This document shows, one piece after another, positions 36,463 through 45,991 of a stretch of 64,000 nt of DNA. This DNA comes from a virus. Taxonomy: Duplodnaviria > Caudoviricetes. The stretch lies in IMG/VR virus record IMGVR_UViG_2880505610_000001, positions 40,773 through 104,772 of that record. One strand, 5' to 3'. A model generated the notes under the pieces. That model worked only from the letters and a program-made list of their open reading frames with translations, was not told the DNA's origin and ran no database searches. A program made the position numbers and the translations under genes. Each line of letters starts with the position of its first letter. Position 1 is the first letter of the stretch.

Positions 36463-37538
36463 GCGACATCCTCCGAGACAGTGATCGGGCGGTCTTCGCC
36501 GGAAGGGCGGAGGGTCTGCCAGATCTTCGGGGCGGGATCCTTGCCATCGAGCAGGAGGAACAACGACGCCTTGTGCTCGGACTTCACGGCGAGCGCGGCG
36601 TAGTCCTTCCGGGTCCAGCCGACGGGGAGCTGGTTCAGGATGCGCTTGTGTTCGGCCTCGGCCGCGGCGATCCGGCTGTGCAGCTCGACCCCGAGCCGGT
36701 CGTTGAGGTCTCTCACCCAGGCGTGGAATTCGTCGGGCAGCGGTTCGCAGATGTCGGCGACGGTCTGGCCGTCGCCAAGTGCTTCCCAGACAGCGCGGGC
36801 GTTGAGGCCGGTGACGATGCGGTGGAGCCGGACGTAGTCCTCCTGCTTGATCTTCACCATGGTGCCGGTGTCGACGAGCCGTACCACGACGCCCTCGGCG
36901 CCCGGGCGCGATGGCAGCGTGAGCGCCTCGCCGATGGTGCTGGCGGGGAAGGTCTCGGCTCGGGGGCCTTGCCAGTTCGGGACGTGGTCGGGGCCGAGGG
37001 GTGTGCCGGTGGCGGTGTGGACGGCGCCGAGCAGGATGAGGTCGTCGGTGTCGCCGTAGTCGCACACGATGCGGTTGGCGGGGTAGACAATCTCGACCAG
37101 GACGGTGACGCCGTCCGGTGGCCGGAAGCCGGCGTAGCGGTCGCGCAGGATGCGGGTGGCGTGCTCGGCCTGGGTGGAGGTGAACGAGCCGCGTGTGGCG
37201 ATCGCCCAGTCGTCGCCGTGCGGGTAGAGGGTGCCGAGACTCCCGTCGATCTTGTCGATGGTTTCGGCTTTGGCGTCGAGGTCGAGCGTGCCGCAGGCGG
37301 GTTCGCCGTAGTTGAAGAACTTGCGCCAGGGCCTGGCGATGATGTGGCCGTCGTGGTGGGTGATGAGGCCCCGGCAGTTGAGGGTGACGTTGGTCCAGGC
37401 GCGTTCGTACTGACAGCGCTCGGTGTAGTTCAGGATCCGGAGCGGCAGCGTCGGGTGCTGTTGTTCGCGGACGTGGCCTTCGGCGATTGCGGTGTTGAGT
37501 GCGGTGATGTCGAACAGGTCGCTGATGTGGGGGATCAC
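36459..37538 (-). CDS. RNA ligase, T4 Rnl1 family
   Basis: CRGLI, KFFN, motif I KIDGSLG, ATRGSF, EIVYPANRIV, EGVVV, KIKQEDY. Confidence 0.92.
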   Translation of the reverse strand: MIPHISDLFDITALNTAIAEGHVREQQHPTLPLRILNYTERCQYERAWTNVTLNCRGLITHHDGHIIARPWRKFFNYGEPACGTLDLDAKAETIDKIDGSLGTLYPHGDDWAIATRGSFTSTQAEHATRILRDRYAGFRPPDGVTVLVEIVYPANRIVCDYGDTDDLILLGAVHTATGTPLGPDHVPNWQGPRAETFPASTIGEALTLPSRPGAEGVVVRLVDTGTMVKIKQEDYVRLHRIVTGLNARAVWEALGDGQTVADICEPLPDEFHAWVRDLNDRLGVELHSRIAAAEAEHKRILNQLPVGWTRKDYAALAVKSEHKASLFLLLDGKDPAPKIWQTLRPSGEDRPITVSEDVA

Positions 37539-38299
37539 GGCGTCTCCTCGGTGGTCTGCGCGCCGCGTGCGACCGGACGGGCGTCGAGAGCGCTCAGGAT
37601 GTGGCAGGCGGGGCAGCCGCCGACCGGGCTGGGATGGGCGACGCGGTGGATCGTCTCCGCCTCCCGGACGCGCTCCAGGACGGCCGCGCCCTGGTCAACG
37701 GCCGCGCGGAACTCGCTGTCGTCGACCCGGATGGCCACGGTGACCTCGCCCGGCTCGTCGAGGGCGGCGAGGACGTCATCGGCTGGCACGGAGGCGGGCC
37801 AGGGTGCGCCGCCGAACTGGCGGGAGAGCGACCGGTCCTGGGGGTCCTTGGCAGCCTGAGCGAGCGCCCGCACCCGCTCGACGGTGGCCTCGGCTTGCTC
37901 GCCGCGCTTCTGCCAGCGGGCGCGTGCGGCTTCGGCGGCCTCGGCGCGTTCGCGCAGCGCGGTGTACGCCTGCTCGGCGTTGCGGAGCTGGTCCTCGGCC
38001 TGCTCGGCGCGCTTCTCTCTGGCCTCCGCCACCTCGTGCCAGTCCTGGGCGTTCTGCCGTGCGGACTTCGCATCGGCCTCGGCTTCCTCCAGGCGTGCGG
38101 CGAGGGTGTCGGCGCGCTCGGTGGCGTCGACCTGGGCGGCGAGGAGGGCTGGCTCGACGACGGCCATTGCGACGGTGGCCTGATGCGTGTGCCACTCGGT
38201 GGTGGCGGGATTCCACTCGCCGCATGAGCACTCGTTCCCGGTGTCGCCGACCGGGTAGTGGGCTTCGAGGCTGACGGTGATCCGGTTGTGCAGGCTCAT
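37535..38299 (-). CDS. Coiled-coil hypothetical protein
   Basis: Heptad Ala/Glu/Arg-rich, coupled ORF. Confidence 0.7.
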   Translation of the reverse strand: MSLHNRITVSLEAHYPVGDTGNECSCGEWNPATTEWHTHQATVAMAVVEPALLAAQVDATERADTLAARLEEAEADAKSARQNAQDWHEVAEAREKRAEQAEDQLRNAEQAYTALRERAEAAEAARARWQKRGEQAEATVERVRALAQAAKDPQDRSLSRQFGGAPWPASVPADDVLAALDEPGEVTVAIRVDDSEFRAAVDQGAAVLERVREAETIHRVAHPSPVGGCPACHILSALDARPVARGAQTTEETP

Positions 38300-38556
38300 G
38301 CCTCACCGTCCAGCAGCTTCTCCAGCTCCCGCACGGACGCCAGGGGCACGCTCCGCCCCAGGATCCGCGGGTCCTTCCCCGGCCTGGGGACGATGAGGAT
38401 GACCCGGCGCCGGTCGTCTCCGGGCGCCAAACCAAGCTCGACGACCTGGTTGTAGATCCGGGTGGCAACGGGCGCGGGGACGTTGTCGGTCAGCGTGGTC
38501 ATGCCGGCGCCATCTGGGGTGCAGATGTGAAGGGCTACGGTGCGGTCGCTGCTCAT
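38296..38556 (-). CDS. Hypothetical protein
   Basis: MSSDRTVALHI...; ATGA coupling. Confidence 0.65.
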   Translation of the reverse strand: MSSDRTVALHICTPDGAGMTTLTDNVPAPVATRIYNQVVELGLAPGDDRRRVILIVPRPGKDPRILGRSVPLASVRELEKLLDGEA

Positions 38557-38918
38557 CGGAGGTTCTCGCCTTCGCTGGGCCGGGGGCGCCACTGGCCGGA
38601 CGGTGCTTCTTCTCCCCTGGCCCAGAAGAACGCCGGGTCGTCGGCGATGGCGCGGGCAAGGTGCGGGTCGACTGCGGCTAGGTCGACGCCGGCGGCGTCC
38701 AGGTGCTGGAGGAGGCGGAGGGCGGTGCCGCGGGCCTGGTCGACCCACGAGGACCGGCCCGGCTGGGTGCCGGCCTCGCCGTGGCAGGGGCACACGCAGT
38801 ACTCCGGGCGGCCCGGGGCGGCGTATTTGCAGGAGTTCCTGCAGCTGGTGTGGAGGTCGGGGAGGCCGTCGTTCTGGGCGTGCCAGCAGGCCGTGGACAG
38901 GTACTCGTGGGCGCTCAT
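38553..38918 (-). CDS. Cys/His-rich hypothetical protein
   Basis: HEYLSTACWH...CRNSCKY...CVCPCH. Confidence 0.7.
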   Translation of the reverse strand: MSAHEYLSTACWHAQNDGLPDLHTSCRNSCKYAAPGRPEYCVCPCHGEAGTQPGRSSWVDQARGTALRLLQHLDAAGVDLAAVDPHLARAIADDPAFFWARGEEAPSGQWRPRPSEGENLR

Positions 38919-39343
38919 AGGAGACCTCCCGTGGGGACGTCCTCGACGTGCCGGACGTAGATCGGCGTGCACACGCAGACGTACTCGAGGCAGTCGGGGC
39001 AGAAGTCGTCGGTCTCGTCCGCGTTCACACGCTGGAGGAGTTCGTCGACGTGGCAGGGGTCGGTGAGTTTGCACCAGCAGCAGAGGTCGCGGCCGGCCAG
39101 GTCGCGCCGGGCCTGCTCGATCAGCTCCGGGTTCTCATCCAGGTCGGTGGCGTACAAGGCGAGGGACTCGCCCAGCGTGTGGACGGCGCCGCCGCACTGC
39201 TGACAGGGCTTGCCGACGCGGTGGCGGTTCCGGTACGGGCTCTGGGGCAAGCCCGGGGCGGCCCGGCCCACGTACACGGCGCCGTCGGGGACACGGCCGT
39301 GGAACAGGTCGCCTTCCACCTTCACCCGGCGGGCCTCAGACAT
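38915..39343 (-). CDS. DUF4326-domain protein
   Basis: PDGAVYVGR...SPYRN...LAGRDLCCWC...PCHVDELL. Confidence 0.85.
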   Translation of the reverse strand: MSEARRVKVEGDLFHGRVPDGAVYVGRAAPGLPQSPYRNRHRVGKPCQQCGGAVHTLGESLALYATDLDENPELIEQARRDLAGRDLCCWCKLTDPCHVDELLQRVNADETDDFCPDCLEYVCVCTPIYVRHVEDVPTGGLL

Positions 39344-39620
39344 GCCGGCCACCTCGCCAGGCCGTTCTCTTTCGCGCCACCTCCGGGCACTGGTTCATGT
39401 GCCCGTCGAGCGCCTTGATCTGTCGGCGGAGTTCCTTCTCCAGATCGTCCGACCGTTGTTGGGTGCGTGCGTGCTCGTCCTTCAGTTCCGCGACCTGCTG
39501 CTCGGCCCGTGCCTCGGCGGCGGCGATACGAGGGGCTGCGATCTCCCTGGCCCTGGCCTCGATGTAGTTGTCGAGGTTCGCGGTGATCTCCGCGAGCCGG
39601 GTAGTCATGTCGTCAGTCAT
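39336..39620 (-). CDS. Hypothetical coiled-coil protein
   Basis: Coupled ORF with good codon bias. Confidence 0.7.
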   Translation of the reverse strand: MTDDMTTRLAEITANLDNYIEARAREIAAPRIAAAEARAEQQVAELKDEHARTQQRSDDLEKELRRQIKALDGHMNQCPEVARKRTAWRGGRHV

Positions 39621-39921
39621 CGACGAGCACCGCCTCGGTCTCTTCGTGCGGACACGCCCGCTTGAGCATCAGCGGGTACACCTCGCGGGAGTACCGCTCG
39701 TGGGTCATCAGCTCCATGCGAAGCCCTTCACGCTGGACCCGGTCCCGCTCGCGCTTACGGGCGAAGAACTCCTTCCACGCGTCGTCCTCCGTGATGACCG
39801 GGTCCGGGCGGTCCGGGCTGGCGTAGGTCACCCCGCGGGGGCAGCCGCACGCCTCCCACAGCACGTACTGGCAGCCGGCCAGCGGAACGGTCTTGCCTTC
39901 GAGTTCGACCATGAGGTTCAT
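39613..39921 (-). CDS. Hypothetical protein
   Basis: AAGGAG RBS; EACGCPRGV. Confidence 0.7.
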   Translation of the reverse strand: MNLMVELEGKTVPLAGCQYVLWEACGCPRGVTYASPDRPDPVITEDDAWKEFFARKRERDRVQREGLRMELMTHERYSREVYPLMLKRACPHEETEAVLVDD

Positions 39922-40012
39922 CGGTTCTCCTTCTGGGGGGTTAGTGAGTCCTTGGAGCGCCTTGTGGAGCTATGCCGTGTGCGGATTGGCCAGCTCCCGG
40001 CGCGGCGGCCGG

Positions 40013-41692
40013 TCACGCGGCGGTAGCAAAGTCGGGTCCGCTGTCTTGACGGGTGTGGATGACGGCTCGCAGCCGGGCCCCGATCCACGCACCAACCTGC
40101 GGGGACACGGCGTTACCGAACCCGTCCACCTGGTTGCGGGCGGAGCCCCACACGACGAAAGTCCCGCTGTAACCAGGGAAGTCGACGTCGAAGCCACAAC
40201 CGCGGCCGATCTCGTGCTTGGCCATCATGCGGAAGTAGCAGTCCTCGAGCGACAGGCTCGCGAGCGTGGCCCGCCACTGAGCCATGACCTGCGCGTCGAC
40301 CCCACTGCGGTCGATCGACCCAGCGGCTGAGAGCAGCCCGGGGACCTGGTCCGAGGTGAACGTCGGCATCGCCTCGTGGTGCACCGCAGGAACCGTGTTC
40401 TTCCGATACGGGATGACCCCGGAGGACACCACAGCAAGCGTCTCCGAACCCACCTGAGTGGGCAACGGTTCGCCGACACCGCGCGGGCCGCCCTGATAGT
40501 TGTCCACCGCCAGGAGGAGCGCCTTCTCGTGGGTGCTCGTTGCCGTGTCCATCGGCAAGGCGATGTTCTTCCCGTCCCCGTTGTGGCGGTGCGCCGCGAA
40601 CACCGCACCGGTAGACAGGAGCGTGGTCTCCTGCTGGCTGGTCTGCGTCGCCAGCGGCTGCAGCGGATGACGCTCCGAGCCGTGCACGGCCTTCGCCGGC
40701 ATGAGCACCGCGGGGAAGTCCGCGAAACGCTGACGGCACCGCTCGGCGCGGGCCATGGTCCCCGGCTTTAGAGGCTTCGCCCGGTCGCCGATCCGGGTCC
40801 CGAGGTCGGTGAGGTCGAGCGCGGCCAGCGATGGCGTCATCGGCGGAACGACCGGACGGCGGCACGATGGGCAGCGGTACTCGTACTGCTTGCCGTACCG
40901 CACCGACCCGGTCGGCGGGATCCCGGTGCGCCACGTCCACACTGCTTCCACGTCCTTGTCGCAGTGGTGGCACCGCGACACCGGCCTGTGCTCCAGGTCG
41001 GGTTCGGGAAGGGACTTGTCCCAGAAAGCGATGTACAGCCGGTCTCGCGACTGCGGAACGCCGAAGAACATCGAGTTCAGGTACAGCACCTTGTACCGGT
41101 AGTTGAGCAGGTCGAATTGCTTGAGCCACCACCGGTAGGTGGAGCCGTCCCCGACCTTCGGGCGGCCGGGAATCGCCGGCCCCCACGAGGTGAGTTCGGT
41201 CGTGCATTCGACGAGGATCAGCCGCGGGTGGTGCTGGGCGACGTAGTGCAGGACGCAGGACGCGGTCGCCCGGTCCCGCTCGGACCTGGTGACCCGAGCC
41301 TCGAAGTCCGGGTCATCGAGCTCGAACAAGGTCAGGCCCTGCTCATAAGCCTTGACCGTGTTCGCCTGCGAGTGATTAACGCATGAAATTCCCGCGACCA
41401 GCAGGTCCCCCGCAGGGAGGTCTCGAGCGGAGTGGTAGTCCGCCGCCTCGGGGTCGACCAGGTCAGCGATCCAGTGCTCGGCGTGCGGGTGGTTCGCCTC
41501 GTGGACTTCGACCTTGTAGCTGTTGTGGTTCGCCGCCATGATCGTGGTGAACCCGGCTATCTCGATACCGCGGGTGAGGCCCCCGAAGCCGGAGAACAGG
41601 TCGACCGCAACGAGGTCGTCATGGCGGAATCGACGGCGCCTGGTGGCCGGTCGGTGCGTGGCAGTGCGGCTCTTCTTCGGCGCGTTAGCCAT
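40013..41692 (-). CDS. DNA (cytosine-5) methyltransferase
   Basis: DLFSGFGG (I), AANH, ISCVNHS (IV), LVECT (VI), GVPQSRDR (VIII), GNAVSP (X). Confidence 0.9.
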   Translation of the reverse strand: MANAPKKSRTATHRPATRRRRFRHDDLVAVDLFSGFGGLTRGIEIAGFTTIMAANHNSYKVEVHEANHPHAEHWIADLVDPEAADYHSARDLPAGDLLVAGISCVNHSQANTVKAYEQGLTLFELDDPDFEARVTRSERDRATASCVLHYVAQHHPRLILVECTTELTSWGPAIPGRPKVGDGSTYRWWLKQFDLLNYRYKVLYLNSMFFGVPQSRDRLYIAFWDKSLPEPDLEHRPVSRCHHCDKDVEAVWTWRTGIPPTGSVRYGKQYEYRCPSCRRPVVPPMTPSLAALDLTDLGTRIGDRAKPLKPGTMARAERCRQRFADFPAVLMPAKAVHGSERHPLQPLATQTSQQETTLLSTGAVFAAHRHNGDGKNIALPMDTATSTHEKALLLAVDNYQGGPRGVGEPLPTQVGSETLAVVSSGVIPYRKNTVPAVHHEAMPTFTSDQVPGLLSAAGSIDRSGVDAQVMAQWRATLASLSLEDCYFRMMAKHEIGRGCGFDVDFPGYSGTFVVWGSARNQVDGFGNAVSPQVGAWIGARLRAVIHTRQDSGPDFATAA

Positions 41693-41783
41693 CAGGCGAC
41701 TCCTTCATGGTTTCGAGGTGGGTGGTTGATGGCTCGCTGGAGGTGTTGGCCTGTGGCGTCTAGGACCTTCTCGATGCAGCGGC

Positions 41784-41999
41784 TCATGCCCGTGCCTCTT
41801 CCGCAGAGCGGGCCCACGCCCGCACGATCGCTCGGGCTTCCGCTCGAGCCGACCCGTTACCAGATGCGGCCCGGTCCAGCACGGCGGCCCGGCGGCGCCA
41901 CTCCCTCAGCTCGGGGCACCTGGGTCCGTGCTCGACCCGGATCAGCGCAGCCACCACGGCGAACCCGTCCTCCGGCGACTCGATCGTCGGGGCGTTCAC
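41784..41999 (-). CDS. Hypothetical protein
   Basis: MNAPTIESPEDG...; GTGA coupling. Confidence 0.55.
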   Translation of the reverse strand: MNAPTIESPEDGFAVVAALIRVEHGPRCPELREWRRRAAVLDRAASGNGSARAEARAIVRAWARSAEEARA

Positions 42000-42361
42000 G
42001 GCTGCTCCCGCTGCGGCTGCACGAGGTGCACGTACGGCTCGCACCGGTGGTCCTGCTGCCACCGCTTGGCGTCTTCGATGGTGAACGGGTCTTCCGCGTA
42101 GCCGTCCTCCTCGGAGGCGGCGCTGTCGCACGTTTCGCAGCGGGCGTCCCACTTCGGTTCGCTCTTCTCGCGGCCGGCGCACCACGGGCAGTACACCCGC
42201 GTGACCTGCTTGCCGCCGAGGGTGTTGCCTTCCCAGACCGTCCACCCGGCGGCGCGGGCGGCGTCAGCGCCGGGCAGGGTGTACCGGCCGCGCGGCTCTT
42301 CGAACGTGACCGGGCAGTTCTGGCAGCGGATGCTTGTGAGGGGAAGCGTGGCAGTGGTCAT
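41996..42361 (-). CDS. Zn-finger hypothetical protein
   Basis: CQNC, CPWC, CETC...H.C. Confidence 0.7.
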   Translation of the reverse strand: MTTATLPLTSIRCQNCPVTFEEPRGRYTLPGADAARAAGWTVWEGNTLGGKQVTRVYCPWCAGREKSEPKWDARCETCDSAASEEDGYAEDPFTIEDAKRWQQDHRCEPYVHLVQPQREQP

Positions 42362-42699
42362 GAGGGGTTCTCCTTGCTCGCGTTCTCGTGGCGAACAGCG
42401 GCCTTCATCCGGCGCCGCTCGCGGAAGTTCTCGGCTGCCTGCTGGTGCAGCGCAGCCGCGTCATGGTGCTGGCCGACCGCGGCCACGAGTGCGTGGTAGC
42501 GGTCCTCCTGCCGGTCCGGTTCCGCCTTGAGTTCGGTGAGACGCTCCTCGAGTTCCGTCACTTCTTCGGCGGTTGTCTTGCAGGTGCAGGGTGCTTCCCA
42601 GTCCTGGACGCGCTCCATGCAGCCCGGCACCAGAAGCCGGGTGTTCGGATCCTCCGAGGGGGCGATCCACGCGCAGCGGAGTTCACGCGGCCCGGTCAC
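42358..42699 (-). CDS. Hypothetical protein
   Basis: LRC.W...LVPGCM...CTC plus coiled coil. Confidence 0.7.
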   Translation of the reverse strand: MTGPRELRCAWIAPSEDPNTRLLVPGCMERVQDWEAPCTCKTTAEEVTELEERLTELKAEPDRQEDRYHALVAAVGQHHDAAALHQQAAENFRERRRMKAAVRHENASKENPS

Positions 42700-43082
42700 T
42701 GTGAAGCCTCCGTCCGGGAGGTTCCTGTGCGTCGGGCGTCCAGCGGCGTCACATCGGCTGCCAGGCCATCGGCCCAGTCAGCTGCGGCAAGCAGCGCCAT
42801 CGCCAGGCGGCGGGCATCGTCGGAGGTAAGGGCGTCGAAATCGGCTGCGGCCCCGCTCCGCCCGTGCTCAGGACAGGTCACGTACACGTGCCGAGGTTCG
42901 ACCAGGTCGTCGTCGATCGTTCGGACGGTCCAGTTCCTTACCGGATGCCACGCGGCGCCCGGGCTCGGCTCCGGGTGCTGGGTGACCACGGTGGGGCGGG
43001 GTTTGGCAGTGGTGTCGATCTGCGACAGCAGGCCGGCGATCTGCGCGCGGAGGGTGGCGATGGTCTGCTCGGTGGCGCTCAT
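42696..43082 (-). CDS. Hypothetical protein
   Basis: MSATEQTIA...ARRLAMALLAAADWAD. Confidence 0.65.
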   Translation of the reverse strand: MSATEQTIATLRAQIAGLLSQIDTTAKPRPTVVTQHPEPSPGAAWHPVRNWTVRTIDDDLVEPRHVYVTCPEHGRSGAAADFDALTSDDARRLAMALLAAADWADGLAADVTPLDARRTGTSRTEASQ

Positions 43083-43243
43083 TGGGCACCTGGCCTGTGG
43101 TCGTCGCAGCGCCACCCGCACGCGTACAGCAGGGCGTCCTTGCCGCACTTGCGGGAGGTGTCGGAACAGTCAGCGAGGGCGCCGCACCGGTACAGCTCGA
43201 TGCGAGGGCGGGGCGGGGGCGCCGGCATGTTCGAGGCGGTCAT
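43079..43243 (-). CDS. Small Zn-finger protein
   Basis: CGKDALLYACGWRCDDHRP. Confidence 0.6.
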   Translation of the reverse strand: MTASNMPAPPPRPRIELYRCGALADCSDTSRKCGKDALLYACGWRCDDHRPGAQ

Positions 43244-44454
43244 GCGATCTCCTCGAAGAGTGGGTCCTGTCCAGACGGAACAGGCGGGGGCTTCGGCACG
43301 CCCAGTGCCCGGGCCCGTTCGCCCGGGTCCGCGGTGCGCCACTGCGCGAGTCGGCAGTAGTCCGCGGACATGTCCACGCTGATGCCGTGACGGCCGTGGA
43401 CGTCGGCGACGAGGGCAGTGGTGCCGGTGCCGCCGAACGGGTCGAGTACGACGGCTGGGCGCGTGGGCGCGTCCGGGGTGGAGCAGGCGCAGGCGTAGCC
43501 GACGATGCGGTCTGGCTTGGCGATGCGCCGCTGCCACCGCTCCGTTCCGCCGTCCATGGTCGAGCGGGTACGTGATCCGTCGCGGCTGGCAGGATTGTTG
43601 TCTCCGCCGAGCAGGCCCGGCTTATCAACTACCGGCCGGCGGCCGTCGCCGCACGCGGTGCAGACACCGGACGGTGACCATCCGAGGATGATGCTGCGGA
43701 TCAGCGCCGGCGGGTATGCGGCGAAGTGCTCGACATCGAGGTGCTCTGGGACCCGCAGCGGTTGAGTCCCGACCTCCCACACCGACCCCGGCAAAGCGCC
43801 GAGCGGGTGCTGCCCGTCGTAGTGGCCCGTCCCGGTCCGGACGTGGTTGACGTTCCGTGCGTTGAACGCGCTTCGGCCAGCCACCCGCCGCGGCGCTGCG
43901 TGCGGCTTGCGGATCTCATCGACGGCCGAGAAGTAGTGCGGCTCCTTGGTCAGGTGCACCCAGTCTTCATGTGACCGTCGGACTCGGTCTGTCACCGACT
44001 CGGGCATCGCCGAGGGCTTGTCCCAGATGACGACCGCCCGGGCGATGAGCCCCAGCTTGTCCACCGCGCCGATGCGGTACCTCTCCGGCAGCAGCATCAG
44101 CGACTTCTCCGGCATGTCCTTCGGGCGCACGTACCGCGGGCTGGCCGCCCGCCAGGTGAAGCCGTCGGAGGACCCCCGCCAGGCGCCGCGGGTGCGGTTA
44201 ACGTACTTGTCACCGAGTAGGACGAAGATGGATCCGGAAGGCTTGAGGACCCGCGACCACTCGGCCGTGCAATCGAGCAGCGCAGTGATGTAGTCCTGCG
44301 GGTCAGGCTCGGCGCCGATTTGCCCCTCGTAGTGGCGTCCACCATCGGTGTAGGAGCGGAGCCCCCAGTAGGGCGGGCTGGTGACGATGAGATCCACGGA
44401 CTCGTCCGGGAGTGGGAGACGGCGCGCGTCGGCGCGGAGGATCACGGCGGTCAT
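43240..44454 (-). CDS. DNA amino-methyltransferase (N4-C/N6-A, beta class)
   Basis: IVTSPPYW near the N-terminus, VLKPSGS, HFAAYP, VLDPFGGTGTT near the C-terminus. Confidence 0.92.
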   Translation of the reverse strand: MTAVILRADARRLPLPDESVDLIVTSPPYWGLRSYTDGGRHYEGQIGAEPDPQDYITALLDCTAEWSRVLKPSGSIFVLLGDKYVNRTRGAWRGSSDGFTWRAASPRYVRPKDMPEKSLMLLPERYRIGAVDKLGLIARAVVIWDKPSAMPESVTDRVRRSHEDWVHLTKEPHYFSAVDEIRKPHAAPRRVAGRSAFNARNVNHVRTGTGHYDGQHPLGALPGSVWEVGTQPLRVPEHLDVEHFAAYPPALIRSIILGWSPSGVCTACGDGRRPVVDKPGLLGGDNNPASRDGSRTRSTMDGGTERWQRRIAKPDRIVGYACACSTPDAPTRPAVVLDPFGGTGTTALVADVHGRHGISVDMSADYCRLAQWRTADPGERARALGVPKPPPVPSGQDPLFEEIA

Positions 44455-44645
44455 GCGACGTCACCCGCCGACGAGGCGTCCTCTGGCAGCGCTGCGATGT
44501 TCCACCAGCACGGCCACACGTGGCCGCACTCCTGGCAGCGGTAGGCGCCCACCAGGCTCTCCCCGCGGATGTCCGTCTCGTACGGCTCGAACGGCCCGGC
44601 CAGGCACTCCGGGCAGCAGTCGGCGTACGCCCCCGTGCCGCTCAT
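44451..44645 (-). CDS. Small Zn-ribbon protein
   Basis: CPEC...YRCQECGHVW. Confidence 0.65.
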   Translation of the reverse strand: MSGTGAYADCCPECLAGPFEPYETDIRGESLVGAYRCQECGHVWPCWWNIAALPEDASSAGDVA

Positions 44646-45991
44646 GACAGGGCCCCGCTCGGTGACCACTCCTTGGCCATGTCCATCGCCCGGGAGTAGT
44701 GGCCCTGGAACACCACCACGATGGTGCCCGTCGCGCCGTTCCGGTTCTTCTCGACGAGCAGGTCCATCTCGCCGGCCCGCGGGGACTCCTTGTCGTAGGC
44801 GTCCTCGCGGTGCAGCAGGATCACGATGTCGGCGTCCTGCTCCACTGCACCGCTGTCCCTCAGCTCCGACATTGCCGGGCGCCGGTCCGTGCGTTTGGTC
44901 GACTCCCGGTTGAGCTGGGACAGGGCGACAATGGGGACCTCAAACTCCTTGGCGAGGAGCTTCAGCCCGCGGGACAGTTCGGCGACCTGGCGTTCCCGGC
45001 TGTCAGCCTTCGGGGCCTCCATCAGGCCCATGTAGTCCACGATCACGAGCCGGGCCGGGTCGGTTCGGGACATGCCGCGGAGCCGCGCGCGGATCCTGCC
45101 CAGGGAGCAGTGGGGGGTGTCGTCCACCACCAGCGGGGCCTGCAGGATCCGGTCGTGCTTGGCCGCGATCCGGTCCCAGTCGGCGTCGGTGAGGTTGTTG
45201 TCCCGGATCCGGTCCAGCGTCACCTGCGCTTCGGCGGCCAGGACACGGTCGGCAAGTTCCGCGGCCTGCATCTCCAGCGAGAAGAACAGGGTGCGGTACT
45301 TCAGCCGGATCGCGGCGTTCCGTGCGATGTCCATCCCGATGACGCTCTTACCGACGGACGGCCGCGCGCCGATGATGACGAGTTGGCCGGGTCGCAGACC
45401 GGCCAGCAGCATCTGAAGGTCGGTGTAGGGGGCCTCGACGAACTCGACCGGGGCCTGGTTCTCCAGGGCCTCCAACCTGGCCGTCACGGCGTCGCCGATG
45501 GTGCAGAGGTCGGTTCCTGTCACGCGGGCCGTGGCCTTGTCCAGGCGCTGCCGGATCATGTCCACGTCGCGGTCCAGGTCGAAGTTGCGGCTCGCGACGA
45601 GCTGGCCGATCAGCGGGCCGACCTCGGCGACGCCCCGGCGGATCGCGTCGTCACGGACGACCGTCGCGGCGTACTCCCAGGCGGCTGTGCCGGCCCGGGC
45701 CATCAGGTCCATCAAGGCTGGCCCGGCGCCGACCTTCGTGACCGTGCCCTGCCGGGTGAGCTCGGCCAACACTGACACCGGGTCCACGTCGGCGCCTCGG
45801 TCGATCAGGGAGACCACGGCCTCGAATACCAGCCGGTGCCGCGACTTGTAGAAGTCCGCGGGCTGTACGGTCTCGGCCACGGTCTCGGCGGCGATCCGGG
45901 ACTGGATGACCGATCCGATCAGCGCCTGCTCGGCAGCGATCACAGCATCCGTTGGGGCCCAGCCGGGGACGGTGATCTCGTCGATGGTCAC
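44642..45991 (-). CDS. dnaB: Replicative DNA helicase, DnaB family
   Basis: AEQALIG, GARPSVGKS, FSLEM, IVDYMGL, LSQLNRE, LRDSGAVEQDAD, KNRNG. Confidence 0.96.
   Translation of the reverse strand: MTIDEITVPGWAPTDAVIAAEQALIGSVIQSRIAAETVAETVQPADFYKSRHRLVFEAVVSLIDRGADVDPVSVLAELTRQGTVTKVGAGPALMDLMARAGTAAWEYAATVVRDDAIRRGVAEVGPLIGQLVASRNFDLDRDVDMIRQRLDKATARVTGTDLCTIGDAVTARLEALENQAPVEFVEAPYTDLQMLLAGLRPGQLVIIGARPSVGKSVIGMDIARNAAIRLKYRTLFFSLEMQAAELADRVLAAEAQVTLDRIRDNNLTDADWDRIAAKHDRILQAPLVVDDTPHCSLGRIRARLRGMSRTDPARLVIVDYMGLMEAPKADSRERQVAELSRGLKLLAKEFEVPIVALSQLNRESTKRTDRRPAMSELRDSGAVEQDADIVILLHREDAYDKESPRAGEMDLLVEKNRNGATGTIVVVFQGHYSRAMDMAKEWSPSGALS

Noticed and set aside
29610-41692. GTs plus C5-MTase as a DNA glycosylation (hypermodification) pathway
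   Set aside because: No recognisable TET/JBP-type 2OG-Fe(II) oxygenase or hydroxymethylase to supply an acceptor base, and the GTs sit with late structural genes; disfavoured but not excluded
41692-41787. 31-aa coupled micro-ORF before the C5-MTase (MSRCIEKVLDATG...)
   Set aside because: Too short with weak codon bias; may be a recombination scar
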